Positions 26,534 to 39,199 of a DNA stretch of 58,192 nt are shown here, piece after piece. The stretch is from Octopus bimaculoides (Eukaryota). The DNA is taken from contig NC_068990.1 in NCBI RefSeq assembly GCF_001194135.2, positions 40,168,546 through 40,226,737 on the forward strand, in the 5' to 3' direction. Each line of letters opens with the position of its first letter. The first letter of the stretch is position 1. The translations under genes were made by a program, and so were the position numbers. The notes beneath the pieces were generated by a model. The model made no database searches and had not been told where the DNA came from. It saw only the letters and a list, made by a program, of their open reading frames with translations.

Positions 26534-26647
26534 TTACATTGCTGTCTTACTGCACAGTACACATATATACATAGATGCGGGATCGTACACGCAAGCACAC
26601 ACAAGCACACATGTGCACACATATATATGCATATGTATATGTATGGC

Positions 26648-26689
<42 letters not shown>

Positions 26690-26889
26690 GGTGGGTGTGT
26701 TTGAAGAGAGATGTTCTTAAGTGTGTGTTAGTCTGTATGCATATACTCACATTAATATAGGCACGTAGTCTATTTTATATAAAATTCATTATGTGATATA
26801 TTGAATTTATGGCAACCTAGATAAGTAAATACACTCAAACAGTAACACACGTACACATCTACATACAACTATATATTCATATACACATA

Positions 26890-26920
<31 letters not shown>

Positions 26921-27636
26921 TTCTGACTATACATAAGTACGTTGATAAGTACGCTCCTAAACACTCACCTACTCTAAATTGAACTCCCTCCCACGCACGC
27001 ACACATCGTGTCCCCTCTATAACTGCACACCTACTACAAATACATTTATAAATTAGAATGCTGGCCGTGTAGAAAGAGACAAATAACAATGCCAGAAACC
27101 AATGCAGTATTGCCGTTATAAAAACCCACCACTACCACTACCAACAACTATAACAACAGCATCTTCTGGTACTACACCTCACAGAGAGAGAGAGAGAGAG
27201 AGAGGGGGGAGAGAGAAAGAGCGAGAGAGAAAGAGAAATAGCACACACAAAATAGACAACTCGCAGGAATTACTACACAGTCCATATATCTCTCATACGT
27301 CTCTCTTTCTCTCTCCTCTTTATATAATCATACATATATGTAATATATAATATATAGTGTATACATGCATATATATATTTATTTATGCATGCATGCATAC
27401 ATGTATGCGCATAGGTATTATGTATGTTCTTATGCATAAGGTTAAAAGTGAAATATTTTGAAAAACAGCAACACGAAACTCAGAATAACCCAATTATTCT
27501 ACTGTAGTTATTTTATTAAACTCTACTTTTCGCGTTGAGTACCATCTCTTTTCTTTAGAACTAAGAACGATATGTATGTCTGTGTGCGTGCGTCTGCATT
27601 TTAATCTCGAGGAAGAGATGGAAGTCTGTGGGTTCT

Positions 27637-27950
27637 AAACCTGGCGAATAGGGCAGCTGTGGAAGCGACACCATGCTATTTTGGGCAAGAATCTCACGAG
27701 TGAGGAGAGCTCGGCGACAGGGTACACTGTCGTCGTGAAGAATCTACTTCTTCGCGCCCCACAGATGCGGTCGCCTTCGCCGATTGTCCTCCTTTAAACG
27801 CTTTAAAACGTCGCTGATTGTCCTCCGACGATCGTCGTGCACAAGATGATGAATTTTCTCCACATTATCGGGAGTGACACTCGTAGCAGGTCTTCCAGAT
27901 CCCTCATCGTCTTCCCGTGACGTTCTTCCGCTTTTGAAGCACACGTCTTA
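27637..27950 (-). mobile_element. Internally deleted mariner transposase remnant
   Basis: FKSGRTSREDDEGSGRPATSVTPDNVEKIHHLVHDDRRRTISDV is fused directly to LKRLKEDNRRRRPHLW...ILHDDSVPC...LPQLPYSPGL, so the middle of the transposase is missing. Confidence 0.88.
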
Positions 27951-28082
27951 CTCGAAACAAAAAATCAGCATTTTTTAACTCTAAAGCAAAGCAAAAAAAA
28001 AAAAGAAAAAAAAACTATAACGTTGGGGCTCTAAAATGCCCCCCCCCCAAAAAAAAAGCTGATCTTATACTTTTGACACTTT

Positions 28083-28300
28083 TTAACCCTTTAGTGTTTA
28101 AGCCGGCCAAAACCCGGTGTATCCAAATCTACGAAATCATTTTAAAAAATAAAGAAATCACGTTAGTGAATTCTCGTAGCTTTGAGATGATGTGAGGGCT
28201 TTTCTTCCAGAAAGCACAGTATTAGAAGAAAAGCAAAATTAACTGAGGTGGATGTCAACAGAGAAAATATTGAGTTCCATAAAGTGGAAAAAATAAATGG
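28083..28300 (+). mobile_element. Possible piggyBac-type MITE left end
   Basis: TTAA followed by CCCTTTAG; the other end is not visible because of the gap. Confidence 0.35.
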
Positions 28301-29094
28301 AAGGAANNNNNNNNNNNNNNNNNNNNNNNNNNNNNNNNNNNNNNNNNNNNNNNNNNNNNNNNNNNNNNNNNNNNNNNNNNNNNNNNNNNNNNNNNNNNNN
28401 NNNNNNNNNNNNNNNNNNNNNNNNNNNNNNNNNNNNNNNNNNNNNNNNNNNNNNNNNNNNNNNNNNNNNNNNNNNNNNNNNNNNNNNNNNNNNNNNNNNN
28501 NNNNNNNNNNNNNNNNNNNNNNNNNNNNNNNNNNNNNNNNNNNNNNNNNNNNNNNNNNNNNNNNNNNNNNNNNNNNNNNNNNNNNNNNNNNNNNNNNNNN
28601 NNNNNNNNNNNNNNNNNNNNNNNNNNNNNNNNNNNNNNNNNNNNNNNNTTATTTCACACTGGGATACGAAATATTTACTGAAAAAATAAAATCTTGTACC
28701 GATTACACTTGTATTTTAATTAATTCAAATCAATGTACCTCATCTTGAAAAGTGGCAAAATTTTTGTCAGTTGCCCTCTGGAATAATTTTAGTAACAAAT
28801 CAAACAGATAAGATGCATTAAGAATTTCAATTTTAGTGTTTATCCATAATGTTATTGCTTTTACAGCTGTTAATGAAATTTACCTGCCCATAAAAGCCAA
28901 ATTTACTCAGCAAGATCAGGTAAAGTTACTTAACTATAAACCAGTGGAATATAAAGCACCCACTGACAAAATTTCAAATTTGTATGTAAAAACTTTACAA
29001 AGTTACAAACAAATATTGTGGACACCCCAATTGAACTTGAATAATTCAAAATAACGTGAACAAATGAGCATTACATTTGACACATTAATATGAA

Positions 29095-29826
29095 CGCTAT
29101 TTACAGCAGTGCTTAGAAGGAAGGTGTGTAGCGTCTGATCGTCCCATTGACCATGGCAGAGAAAGTTGTGATGATGATACTTATTCAGAGATCGATGCAA
29201 AATTGCAGAGGAGTGCATGAGTTGCGCACAAGTGTGCGAATGGTTCATACGTTTTCAAGATGGCCGAAAAAATGTCGATATTCACGAATATTCTGGGAAC
29301 GACCTGGGAAAAGCAACGCAGATGTGCGTACAGCTGTGTTGGAAAATCGTCGAATCACTATCCGTGAAATATCAGAAAATGCGCAGATTAGTTAAGGTTC
29401 AGTTCAGTCCATTATCACTGAAGGTTTGGATATGGGACGCGTGTCTGTCAAGTTTGTGCTAAAACTGCTTTCAGCTGACCAAAAAGACACTCGGGTTTCA
29501 GTTACATAAGCTCTCTTTGATTGTGTCGAGAACGATGAAAACTTTATGAAAACTTTGCGTAGGCCTCTGAACAGTTATCACCAAGCTTTTGGAACAATTT
29601 GATGGAGATTTTCTGTTCAACTTTCTCTGGCATGATCAGTGCGACGATCACACGCTATACACCTTCATTCCAGCCACTGCTGTAAAGAGCGGACATGAGC
29701 TAGAACGTTAAAACTTAGTGAGCATGCGCATCAGAGTTCAAGATCAATCTGTGCCAAGCGGCTTTACTCTGCGTGCTTGAGTTTCGTTACTATGGCAGCT
29801 GTCCGGATACTTCTTGATCAGACTAT
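29095..29826. mobile_element. Mariner derivative made of two 5' ends in inverted orientation
   Basis: Plus arm encodes MSCAQVCEWFIRFQDGRKNV...RRITIREISE...DMGRVSVKFVLKLLSADQK...DENF. Minus arm starts at a TIR (tagtctgatcaagaagtatccggac) and encodes EQKISIKLFQKLGDNCSEAYAK. 29095-29165 and 29621-29691 are inverted repeats. Confidence 0.85.
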
Positions 29827-30115
29827 GCATATACATACTATATAAATATACGTATGTTTGAGTTCGGAGAAAGACAGAGAGAAAGAGAGAGAAACAGAGG
29901 GAGAAAGAGAGAGAGGGAGAGAGAAGGATATGAACAGATAGATATTAGTGAGTGCTTGTGTTTGCGAGTATGTGCGTGCGTATATCTATCTATCTACTTA
30001 TTTATCAATCTATTTACCTGACGATCTATCTATCAATCTATCTATATGNNNNNNNNNNNNNNNNNNNNNNNNNNNNNNNNNNNNNNNNNNNNNNNNNNNN
30101 NNNNNNNNNNNNNNN

Positions 30116-30154
<39 letters not shown>

Positions 30155-30568
30155 GTGTGTAGGTATATATATATATAATATGTGTGTGGGTATATATATA
30201 TATATACATACACACGCGCACGCACACACACAAACATATATATATATAGGTAAACACATACATATATATACATATACATATGCACACGCATATATGCATA
30301 CACATGCAACATACACACATACGTACATATATACATACATACATATATACATACATGCGTACATAGATACATAGATACATAGATACATACCTACATATGA
30401 ATGATAAATATATATATTTTATCGATATAATATATTCATTTTCTAGATAAAGAAAAACATGCATATGTATGTACATGCGCACCCATATCGCGGTTTCCTG
30501 TCTCTGCATTTATACGTAACACTAATATACATATGCATATACATACATACATGTATGTATGCATGTAC

Positions 30569-30621
<53 letters not shown>

Positions 30622-31225
30622 TGCATGCATGTATATGTGTATGCGTGTATGTGCGTGTGTCTGTACATAAATGCATACAAATACATGGACCTAATATATA
30701 TGTGTGCGCATGTATATATATATTTATGTATACGTACATACGTGCATGTCTGCCCCTCTGCCTGGCTGTCTACCTGTCTGGCAGTCTGGCTCTATGTACG
30801 TATGTATGTATGTATGTATGCATGCATGTATGTATACATGTAGGTATGTAATCGTATATTTTTATTTTGTTTTCTGAGAACATGGAATAACTGTGTCAAT
30901 TTAGATCAGATACCTTTGATATTGTTCTATTCTGTACTTTCTGAAAAATTCATGAAATATTCTATTAGATGATGCTATTTCAATGATGCCAAGATATCAA
31001 GTAGAACTATTTTTAGCAAAAAGCTAACAAATTTTCAATCGTTCACTTCATTCAATTTCATATAATATTTATGTGAACTTTAGATAACTTTTTATATTTT
31101 ACTTTGCCCGGGACTTTTCTATTCACCGCTTTGTGTTCTTGATTTTTTTCAGTTTTTTTTTCTTTAGATTTTTGTTTTTCATGAAACATTATATATTCAC
31201 ATTATTTACACGTGTTTCTGTTCTT

Positions 31226-31286
<61 letters not shown>

Positions 31287-31439
31287 TATGCCTATATGCA
31301 TATACGCAAAACTACAGATATTTATCTATATATTTATCTATTTATCTATATATGTCTGTGTATGTGAGAGAGGAAAGGGGCGGGAATATGTTAGCGTGGG
31401 CGTGTAGTGTGTGTGTGTATGTGTGTGCTCGCGTATATA

Positions 31440-31484
<45 letters not shown>

Positions 31485-31540
31485 ATGCGTACATACATAC
31501 ATACACCCATACTTACATGCATATATACGTGCATGCTTAT

Positions 31541-31910
31541 TTACATATGTGCGTGTATGTCTGAGGCTTTGTGTCTACGTAAGGGTTTCAGCAATAACTT
31601 AGTCTATGGGGGCAGTGCAGTGCCTATAGTTATTCCAGGAATATAGTTGATACTGTTTGGTTTGAACTTTTGAAAGTCAATGGCTAGAGAGTGCAGGGTA
31701 GGTGGAGGGGGAATTCCTAAGGGATTCCAATATGGCGGCGTGGCTTTAGTGTAAGTTTTAATAGATGAGTCACTCGGTGTGTGACGGAAGAAGCAATACT
31801 TGAGGTGAAATGTAGTTTATGTGGGAATATAATAGTGTCAGCGGTATATCTCATTAAAACAAATTATATTCAATTTAAAAAAAAAAACTTGACATGAGAT
31901 TTTTCACAAG
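31541..31910 (+). repeat. 370-bp direct repeat, copy 1
   Basis: Aligns along its length to 33006-33373 at roughly 90% identity (estimated by eye). Confidence 0.95.
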
Positions 31911-31949
31911 GTTTTAAGTTTTATTTTGTTAAGCTCTGCCACAAAAGAA

Positions 31950-32543
31950 ATGCTAAACCTTGGAGAAAAAAATTACTATTATCGTCTTGAGGACATTGTC
32001 CATGCCGAAGACACTAAGACGCTAAGACCTGTCTAGGCACCCGACTGAATATAGTTGACGAATGACACATAATTTGATGGTTCGAAGTATGGAGCTTGCA
32101 GTATGGAATACTCAAACTGCAGTGGTCATTTTGTTTTATGATCTTGTCATACCTCAGAGGCAATGGAGACGTACAGTAAATTCTTGAGAAGGTGGCTAGA
32201 CGTTCCCCTAACTTTCAGCTCAGTCAATATATACAGCAAGACCTCTTGGCTCCGTCTACTAATTTTATCGGTGGTGGAGAAATTCAAAGCCGTAAAGGCA
32301 AGAGCAATAAATCCCATTGTTTTTATCTGAGGATTAGAGAGTTCGACATACCAAGAAGACCATAAAATACTGTAAAAAAGCGAAAGCTCCAGGAAGTTGA
32401 GAAGAAAGTGGAAAAATACGAGGCATACCAGGAAATTGTTGGAGTGGCCTTTCAGGGACTTCCAGCACTTGACAACTACAGTGCCAATGGATGAGAAAAG
32501 CATCGATGCCAATAGCGAGAGAGAGAGAGAGGGGGGAGAGAGG

Positions 32544-32585
<42 letters not shown>

Positions 32586-33003
32586 AAGAGAGAAAACTCA
32601 TAATGCAAAGAATCAGGGATTCAATAGCCGTGGATCGCTAGGTGAAGACACCAGGGACAATGGATACAGTGAAACCAGATGCTCGAGCAATCATTGTCCT
32701 GGAAGGAACTCGGAGTACTGACCAAGGAAGATTGTTCTTCCTTCCGTGTGTTGTCACTGACCTCTTGGCAACACCAAATAACCTTAAAATATGCAGCAAA
32801 GAAGAGCCATTCTGCAAGCAGTGTTGAGCAACTCTTTGCGTCCTGTACCACGTTTTGACGCGATGTCCTAGGGCACTGGGAGAAGGTCGATACAATTACA
32901 GACATAACAAGGCTTGCAGAAATTGCCAAATGGACAGACCTGCAATGGGCTAAAGCTAATAAATATCAGCCAAGGGTAACAGATTCCTAAAAGAAGGTGA
33001 CAA
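31950..33003 (+). mobile_element. Second HERO-like non-LTR retrotransposon fragment, interrupted by (GA)n
   Basis: Across frames: VWSLQYGIL.KLQW; KFLRRWLDVPLTFSSVNIYSKTS; SVVEKFKAVKARA; QEIVGVAFQG; GRLFFL..VVTDLLATPNNL..KEEPFCKQC...LYHVLTRCPRALGEGRYNYRHNK. Confidence 0.85.
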
Positions 33004-33005
33004 TA

Positions 33006-33373
33006 CTTACATATATGCGTGTATGTCTAAGGCTTTGTGACTACGTAAGGATTTCTGCAATAACTTAGTCTATGGGGGCGGTGCAGTGCCTATAGTTATT
33101 CCAGGAATATAGTTGATACTGTTTGATTTGAACTTTTGAAAGTCAATGGGTAGAGAGTGCTGGCTAAGTGGAGGGGGAATTTCCTAAGGGATTCCAATAT
33201 GGCGGCGTGGCTTTAGTGTAGGTTTTAATAGATGAGTCACTCGGTGTGTGACGGAAGAAGCAACATTTGAGGTGAAATGTAGTTTAGGTGGGAATATAAT
33301 AGTGTCAGCGGTATATCTCATTAAAACAAATAATATTCAATTTTAAAAAACTTGGCATGAGATTTTTCACAAG
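33006..33373 (+). repeat. 370-bp direct repeat, copy 2
   Basis: See copy 1; begins immediately after the HERO fragment. Confidence 0.95.
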
Positions 33374-33939
33374 ACTTCAACTTTTGTTTGGACAATTGGC
33401 AACACTTTGAGCAAATTAAAGATATAAGTAATTATTCATTTACTTGTCGCATAGTTTTCATGATAGATATAGAAACAATAAGAACACGTGATGATGTCCT
33501 CTTGAATGGCGATAATTTAAATAATAAACAGTATTGTTATATGAAATACATTAATTTTTCAGGTTTGCATCATCTGCTTCAGTCAAAATGACGTGGAACT
33601 ATATATAGAAATATACACAAAATTTAAATAATGCCATAAAAGGAAAATCAGCAAGTTTTTCAATATTTAGTGAATATCTCAACTAATTTAACACTATCCT
33701 TTCTTGGCCTTCGTATATTTGAACTTCTAAATTCCACTATCGTAATCGATAGTCTTTACTAACTTCCTTTCAATTCATAACATCGCAAGATGAAAATGTT
33801 CTAAATGTCCAGTGATTGATCACCATTTGATCGCAATGTGCCTCAGCTTTGATACGCATCCCTCCCTTGAAGCCATAGACACACTGATTGTTAGAACTGA
33901 TTTTAGATTCAGTAAAATAGTTGGAATTTATTCTACGAA

Positions 33940-34110
33940 GATGCTGGTGTGTTTATGTCCCCGTAACTTAGCGGTTCGGCAAAAGGGTCGATAGAATAAG
34001 TACTAGGCTTCCAAAGAATAAGTCCTGGGGTCGATTTGCTCGACTAAAGGCGGTGCTCCAGCATGGCCGCAGTCAAATGAGAAAGAAATAAAAGAAAAGA
34101 ATAAAAGAAA
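33940..34110 (+). mobile_element. SINE group A 3' part
   Basis: gatgctggtgtgtttatgtccccgtaacttagcggttcggc...ggcggtgctccagcatggccgcagtcaaatga plus A-rich tail. Confidence 0.92.
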
Positions 34111-34219
34111 AAATACATATAAGAATGTGTATATCTGTATGTATGCCTGTTTTTTTGTGTATATATAAATATGTATGTATGTATGTATGCGAGGAAAAAA
34201 GAGAAGGGGAGAGAGAGAG

Positions 34220-34303
34220 AAAAAGAAGAGAGAGAGAAAAAGAAGAGAGAGAGAAAAAGAAGAGAGAGAGAAAAAGAAGTGAGAGAGAAAAAGAAGAGAG
34301 AGG
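34220..34303 (+). repeat. 17-bp homopurine minisatellite (aaaaagaagagagagag) x ~5
   Basis: Direct reading. Confidence 0.9.
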
Positions 34304-35005
34304 AAGAGAGATAGGTAGGTGTGTATTGTTTCATTTTCATCCAATAAAATCCATTTCAAATTTAGAGACAAAAAACTATATCATATTACAGTAGAAACTT
34401 TCTTTAGTTAACGGGGCAAGTATACAAACACTCACGGACTCGCATATATCCATCTATACACACATTCATTCAAAGAGACAGAAAGACAGAGAGATTTATA
34501 GACCTGCGTACGTGTGTGTGTATAAATAAATAAATAAATATATATATATATAGATAGATAGATAGATAGATAGATATATATATATATTTATGGAGAAAGA
34601 GAGAGAGAGAGAAAGAGAGGGGAGAGGGGCGAATAGGGGGGCGCAGTAAGATAAATAAATAAATAAACAGATAAGCAGACAAAGAAAAATAGTCGCACAT
34701 GAAAAACAGGAAAGAGAAAGAAATCATAAAATCGTTCTCAATGAAACAGAGAATTAAGTGAGAAAGGTCTAAACACAGGATGAGAGAGAGAGAGAGAGAG
34801 AGAGAGGTGGGAGGATAACTAGAAAGCGTAAATATAGACAGGTAGGGAAACAAAGGAAATAAATGATAGAAGGATAGATAGAGTAACTTGAAATGTTCAG
34901 CCAATCGTCACTTGGATTTATGGTTTGGTAACATGTGCAATATTTCCGGCAAGGAATTTGTATAGATACACGTATGCATATGTCTGCGAATGCATATATA
35001 CATAT

Positions 35006-35053
<48 letters not shown>

Positions 35054-35702
35054 ATATATATATTATATATATATATATNNNNNNNNNNNNNNNNNNNNNN
35101 NNNNNNNNNNNNNNNNNNNNNNNNNNNNNNNNNNNNNNNNNNNNNNNNNNNNNNNNNNNNNNNNNNNNNNNNNNNNNNNNNNNNNNNNNNNNNNNNNNNN
35201 NNNNNNNNNNNNNNNNNNNNNNNNNNNNNNNNNNNNNNNNNNNNNNNNNNNNNNNNNNNNNNNNNNNNNNNNNNNNNNNNNNNNNNNNNNNNNNNNNNNN
35301 NNNNNNNNNNNNNNNNNNNNNNNNNNNNNNNNNNNNNNNNNNNNNNNNNNNNNNNNNNNNNNNNNNNNNNNNNNNNNNNNNNNNNNNNNNNNNNNNNNNN
35401 NNNNNNNNNNNNNNNNNNNNNNNNNNNNNNNNNNNNNNNNNNNNNNNNNNNNNNNNNNNNNNNNNNNATATAAAGTAAAGTAAATATCATAAGATAAATA
35501 TAATAAAAAGATTACACGTGTTTCATAACCAATTTTCAAATAGAAAAGAAATTTAAATCGATTAAAATCAATTGAAATTATCGAAAATAAGTTCTATTCA
35601 AAAATATAGCTACTCGTCAGATCGTAAGTAGAACAATAATTAGATATATATATATATACATACATATATATATATTTGCGCGCGCGTGTAATGTACAATA
35701 TA

Positions 35703-35743
<41 letters not shown>

Positions 35744-35859
35744 TAGATAGATAGATAACATTTAGGTGCTTATTTAGTTAGAGCCGATATCGATATCCCA
35801 CCCTCGATCCGAACGAACATCAAGTTTCTGACAGCTTGAGGGTGAAAGAACACCCGGCC

Positions 35860-36000
35860 GTCGCTTGTAGTTGAATAAACTAGAGCAACGTGAAATGAAG
35901 CACCTTGCTCAAGAGTACAACGCATCAGTTCCAGGAACTGAACTCGCGGCCTTATTATCATGGACCAAACACCGTTAGCAATGGGCGATTTGCCTTCACG
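35860..36000 (-). mobile_element. Diverged SINE group M head plus Meta-like domain
   Basis: Minus strand: gcgagttcagttcctgg...gcgttgtactcttgagcaaggtgcttcatttcacgttgctctag. Confidence 0.7.
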
Positions 36001-37290
36001 CTGGTTAAAAGATAAATTGTAAGATTGACAAGATGGTTTCAAAATATAATGAAAATGTTATGGAAAAGTATAAAGAGTGATAGAAAGATAGACGGAATAG
36101 TTTTAAAATAGAAAATTAGATATCCTGGTCGACAGATTGAGAGAAAGTTACATAGAACAGTTTAAAGATTGCGGAGAAAAGCAGATGAATTGGTATAACA
36201 AATATAAAGATAGAAAAAAGGACATGTGATAGAAGGGGAGAATGATAGAAAGTTTGATTGAATAATAATATAATGAATGACAAAGATGGACTGAAAATTA
36301 GAACGACGAGATAGCTAGACAGGTGGATAGACAACTCTGTAAACAGATGTAGAGAAGCGAGTACCTCTCTAGATTAATATTATTATCTATTTTTAGAATC
36401 ACACAGTCACAATGTGTCCCAGTTTAGATTATGGTGGCATTCCTTTGTAGCAACATGACAACAGGAAGGCTCCTCTGTGGGGCAGATTGCAAGACAACCC
36501 GATTAAAGAGGTAAACAGATATGTCAATAGATAGAGATAAAGCATTCAAACTGTTGCTAGAACATAGAAAAAAAGGCGATAGACAATGCTATTATGAAGA
36601 ACCAATAATATTGGTAAATAGTGGGTAGTAGAATACTGAGTTTATACTATAAAGTATCTAGTATGATGACAACATGTTAAATCGTAGAGGAATTAGGCGG
36701 GGCGGGGGAGAAATAAACGAAACCTTGGTAATCATCTCATACAATTGAGCACTTATTTTAATGGAGTTTATGTGATGTGCCTTTGGTAATGATAAATTTG
36801 AACCATTATTAAGAAATATTAAATCAGTTTATTTTTTATATTTAAAAAACGAAAATAAAGCCTTCAATTTCTGCTGAGCGATACACATTGTCTTATTATA
36901 TCTAACAGTGGGTCATTCACAATTTGGTCAACTTGAACAAACTGCTGGCAGAAATTAGTAAAGCAATGTGATATCAATAAACTCAGAGATTTGAAGTTGT
37001 GATGGTGGTTGTATTGGTAGTACTAATAATGGTGATATTGAAGGAGATACCGGTATGGTTGATGACGGTCGTGGTAGTTAATGGTGAGGAGGGTTAACGT
37101 GACAGCACATCCGATAATCTTGAACATAGAGAGGATAGCGTTAATACTGGTGGTGGCATTGATAGAGATGGTTGTAGTGGTGGCGGTGTTAGTGATGGTG
37201 GTGCCGGTGATAGTGGCAGAGACGTTGGTATTGATGTTGCTGATGCTGACTGTGATGATATTAATGATGGTAATAATGGTGTATGCAGAA

Positions 37291-37708
37291 GGGTGGCGAG
37301 CTGGCAGAAACGTTAGCCCATCGGGCGAAATGCTTAGCGGTATTTCATCTGCCGTTACGTTCTGAGTTCAAATTCCACCGAGGTCGACTTTGTCTTTCAT
37401 CCTTTCGGGGTTGATAAATTAAGTACCAGTTACGCACTGGGGTCGATGTAATCGACTTAATCCCTTTGACTGTCCTTGTTTGTCCCCTCTATGTTTAGCC
37501 ACTTGCGGGCAATAAAGAAATAAGAAACGTTAGCACGTCTTAACGTTAGCACGTCTTAACGTTCTGAGTTCAAATTCCGCGAAGGTTGAATTTGCCTTTC
37601 ATCCCTTCGGGATCTATAAAATAAATACCAGTTGAGTACTGGGGACGGTGTAATTGACTTACACCCTCCTGCAGACTTGCTGGCGTTGTGCCAAAATTTG
37701 AAATCAAT
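37291..37708 (+). mobile_element. SINE group B dimer
   Basis: Head ggcgagctggcagaaacgttagc...gagttcaaattcc; core gactttgcctttcatcctttcggggtcgataaattaagtaccag (resembles the Nin/Deu-type SINE domain, from memory); tail X ending aaagaaataa at 37523; then a second, more diverged monomer. Confidence 0.9.
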
Positions 37709-38404
37709 GTTGGTATAAGCAATAAGGGTAATACCGCTGACAACATTATGGTGTCGGTGAAAGAGATGGAAATTAGGTGAAGATCATCGTAAAGGCGACT
37801 GCAACTGCTACCACGACCACACCCACTACTACAACTACGACAACGGCAGCAACGTCGACAATGAAGATGATGGTAATGATGATACGATGATAAGTTCATA
37901 AGTCTTGTGTGAAGTCTTCAGTAACATAGCCACAGTTTAGAACAGGGTGTAGTGTTACTGCAGAAAACTGGGTATCATTGGTATTGGGTGGGGACAGAGG
38001 TGGTAAAAAAAAAAAATTAAGAATATGAGGACGTGGGGTGTATATAGGGGATATAAGGCAGGATGGATAGAAAAATAGACACAAGGAAGGAATGTGTAGA
38101 TGGAGTTGGGTGGGGGGGGGAGTCTCGTTGAATTTAATCGGGTTAGATTGGTATGTTGGGTAGAATAAGAAAGGAAAGGAGAAATTAGAGAGAGAGGGTA
38201 ATATGGGGAAGGAGAGAGAAGTGGAACAAAGAGACAATTAGATAAATTACTATGAGAAAAAGATAAAGAAAAGAAAAAAACAGGGGAGAGAGAGAGAGAC
38301 GAACACTATAGACTACACACTTATACCCCCCCACACATCCATTATATATGCAAACGTATATATGTATATATCCGTATATCTATGTATGTATAATATGGAT
38401 GTGC

Positions 38405-38570
38405 TCGCTTGGGTGTGTGGTAAGAAGTTTGTTTCCCAACCATATGGTACCGGGTTCTGTCCCACAGTGTAGTACCTTGGCCAAAAGTCTTGTACGGTGA
38501 CCACAGACCGATCAAAGTATCGCGAGTGGATTTGATATGCATAAAGCGACAAAGGTCCATATATATATAT
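38405..38570 (+). mobile_element. Diverged SINE group A head
   Basis: gtgtgtggtaagaagttt...ccatatggtaccgggttctgtcccac...ccttggccaaaagtctt, running into (TA)n and a gap. Confidence 0.75.
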
Positions 38571-38802
38571 ATNNNNNNNNNNNNNNNNNNNNNNNNNNNN
38601 NNNNNNNNNNNNNNNNNNNNNNNNNNNNNNNNNNNNNNNNNNNNNNNNNNNNNNNNNNNNNNNNNNNNNNNNNNNNNNNNNNNNNNNNNNNNNNNNNNNN
38701 NNNNNNNNNNNNNNNNNNNNNNNNNNNNNNNNNNNNNNNNNNNNNNNNNNNNNNNNNNNNNNNNNNNNNNNNNNNNNNNNNNNNNNNNNNNNNNNNNNNN
38801 NN

Positions 38803-39174
38803 AAGTGTCTTCTACTATAACCTCGGGCCGACCAAAGCCTTGTGAGTGGATTTGGTAGACGGAAACTGAAAGAAGGTCGTCGTATATATGTATATATGTA
38901 TGTATATATGTGTATTTATGTATATATATATATATGTATGTATGTATATATGTGTATTTGGGTGTCTGTGTTTGTCCCCCCAACATCGCTTGACAACCGA
39001 TGGTGGTGTGTTTATGTCCCCGTAACTTAGCGGTTCGGCAAAGAGGCCGATAGAATAAGTAGTAGGCTTACAAAGAATAAGTACTGAGGTTGATTTGCTC
39101 GACTAAAGGCGGTGCTCCAGAATGGCCACAGTCAAATGACTGAAACAAGTAAAAGAGTAAAAGAGTAAAGAGTA
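38803..39174 (+). mobile_element. SINE group A with visible internal microsatellite
   Basis: aagtgtcttctactata..ccgaccaaagccttgtgagtggatttggtagacggaaactgaaagaag, (TA/TATG)n core at ~38882-38958, full 3' part and (agtaaaag)n tail. Confidence 0.95.
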
Positions 39175-39199
39175 TAAACTGGATTGTCACTAGGAGACA

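Noticed and set aside
31541-33373. Interpretation as an LTR retrotransposon
   Set aside because: No PBS, convincing PPT or TSD, and the interior is non-LTR RLE coding sequence rather than gag-pol.
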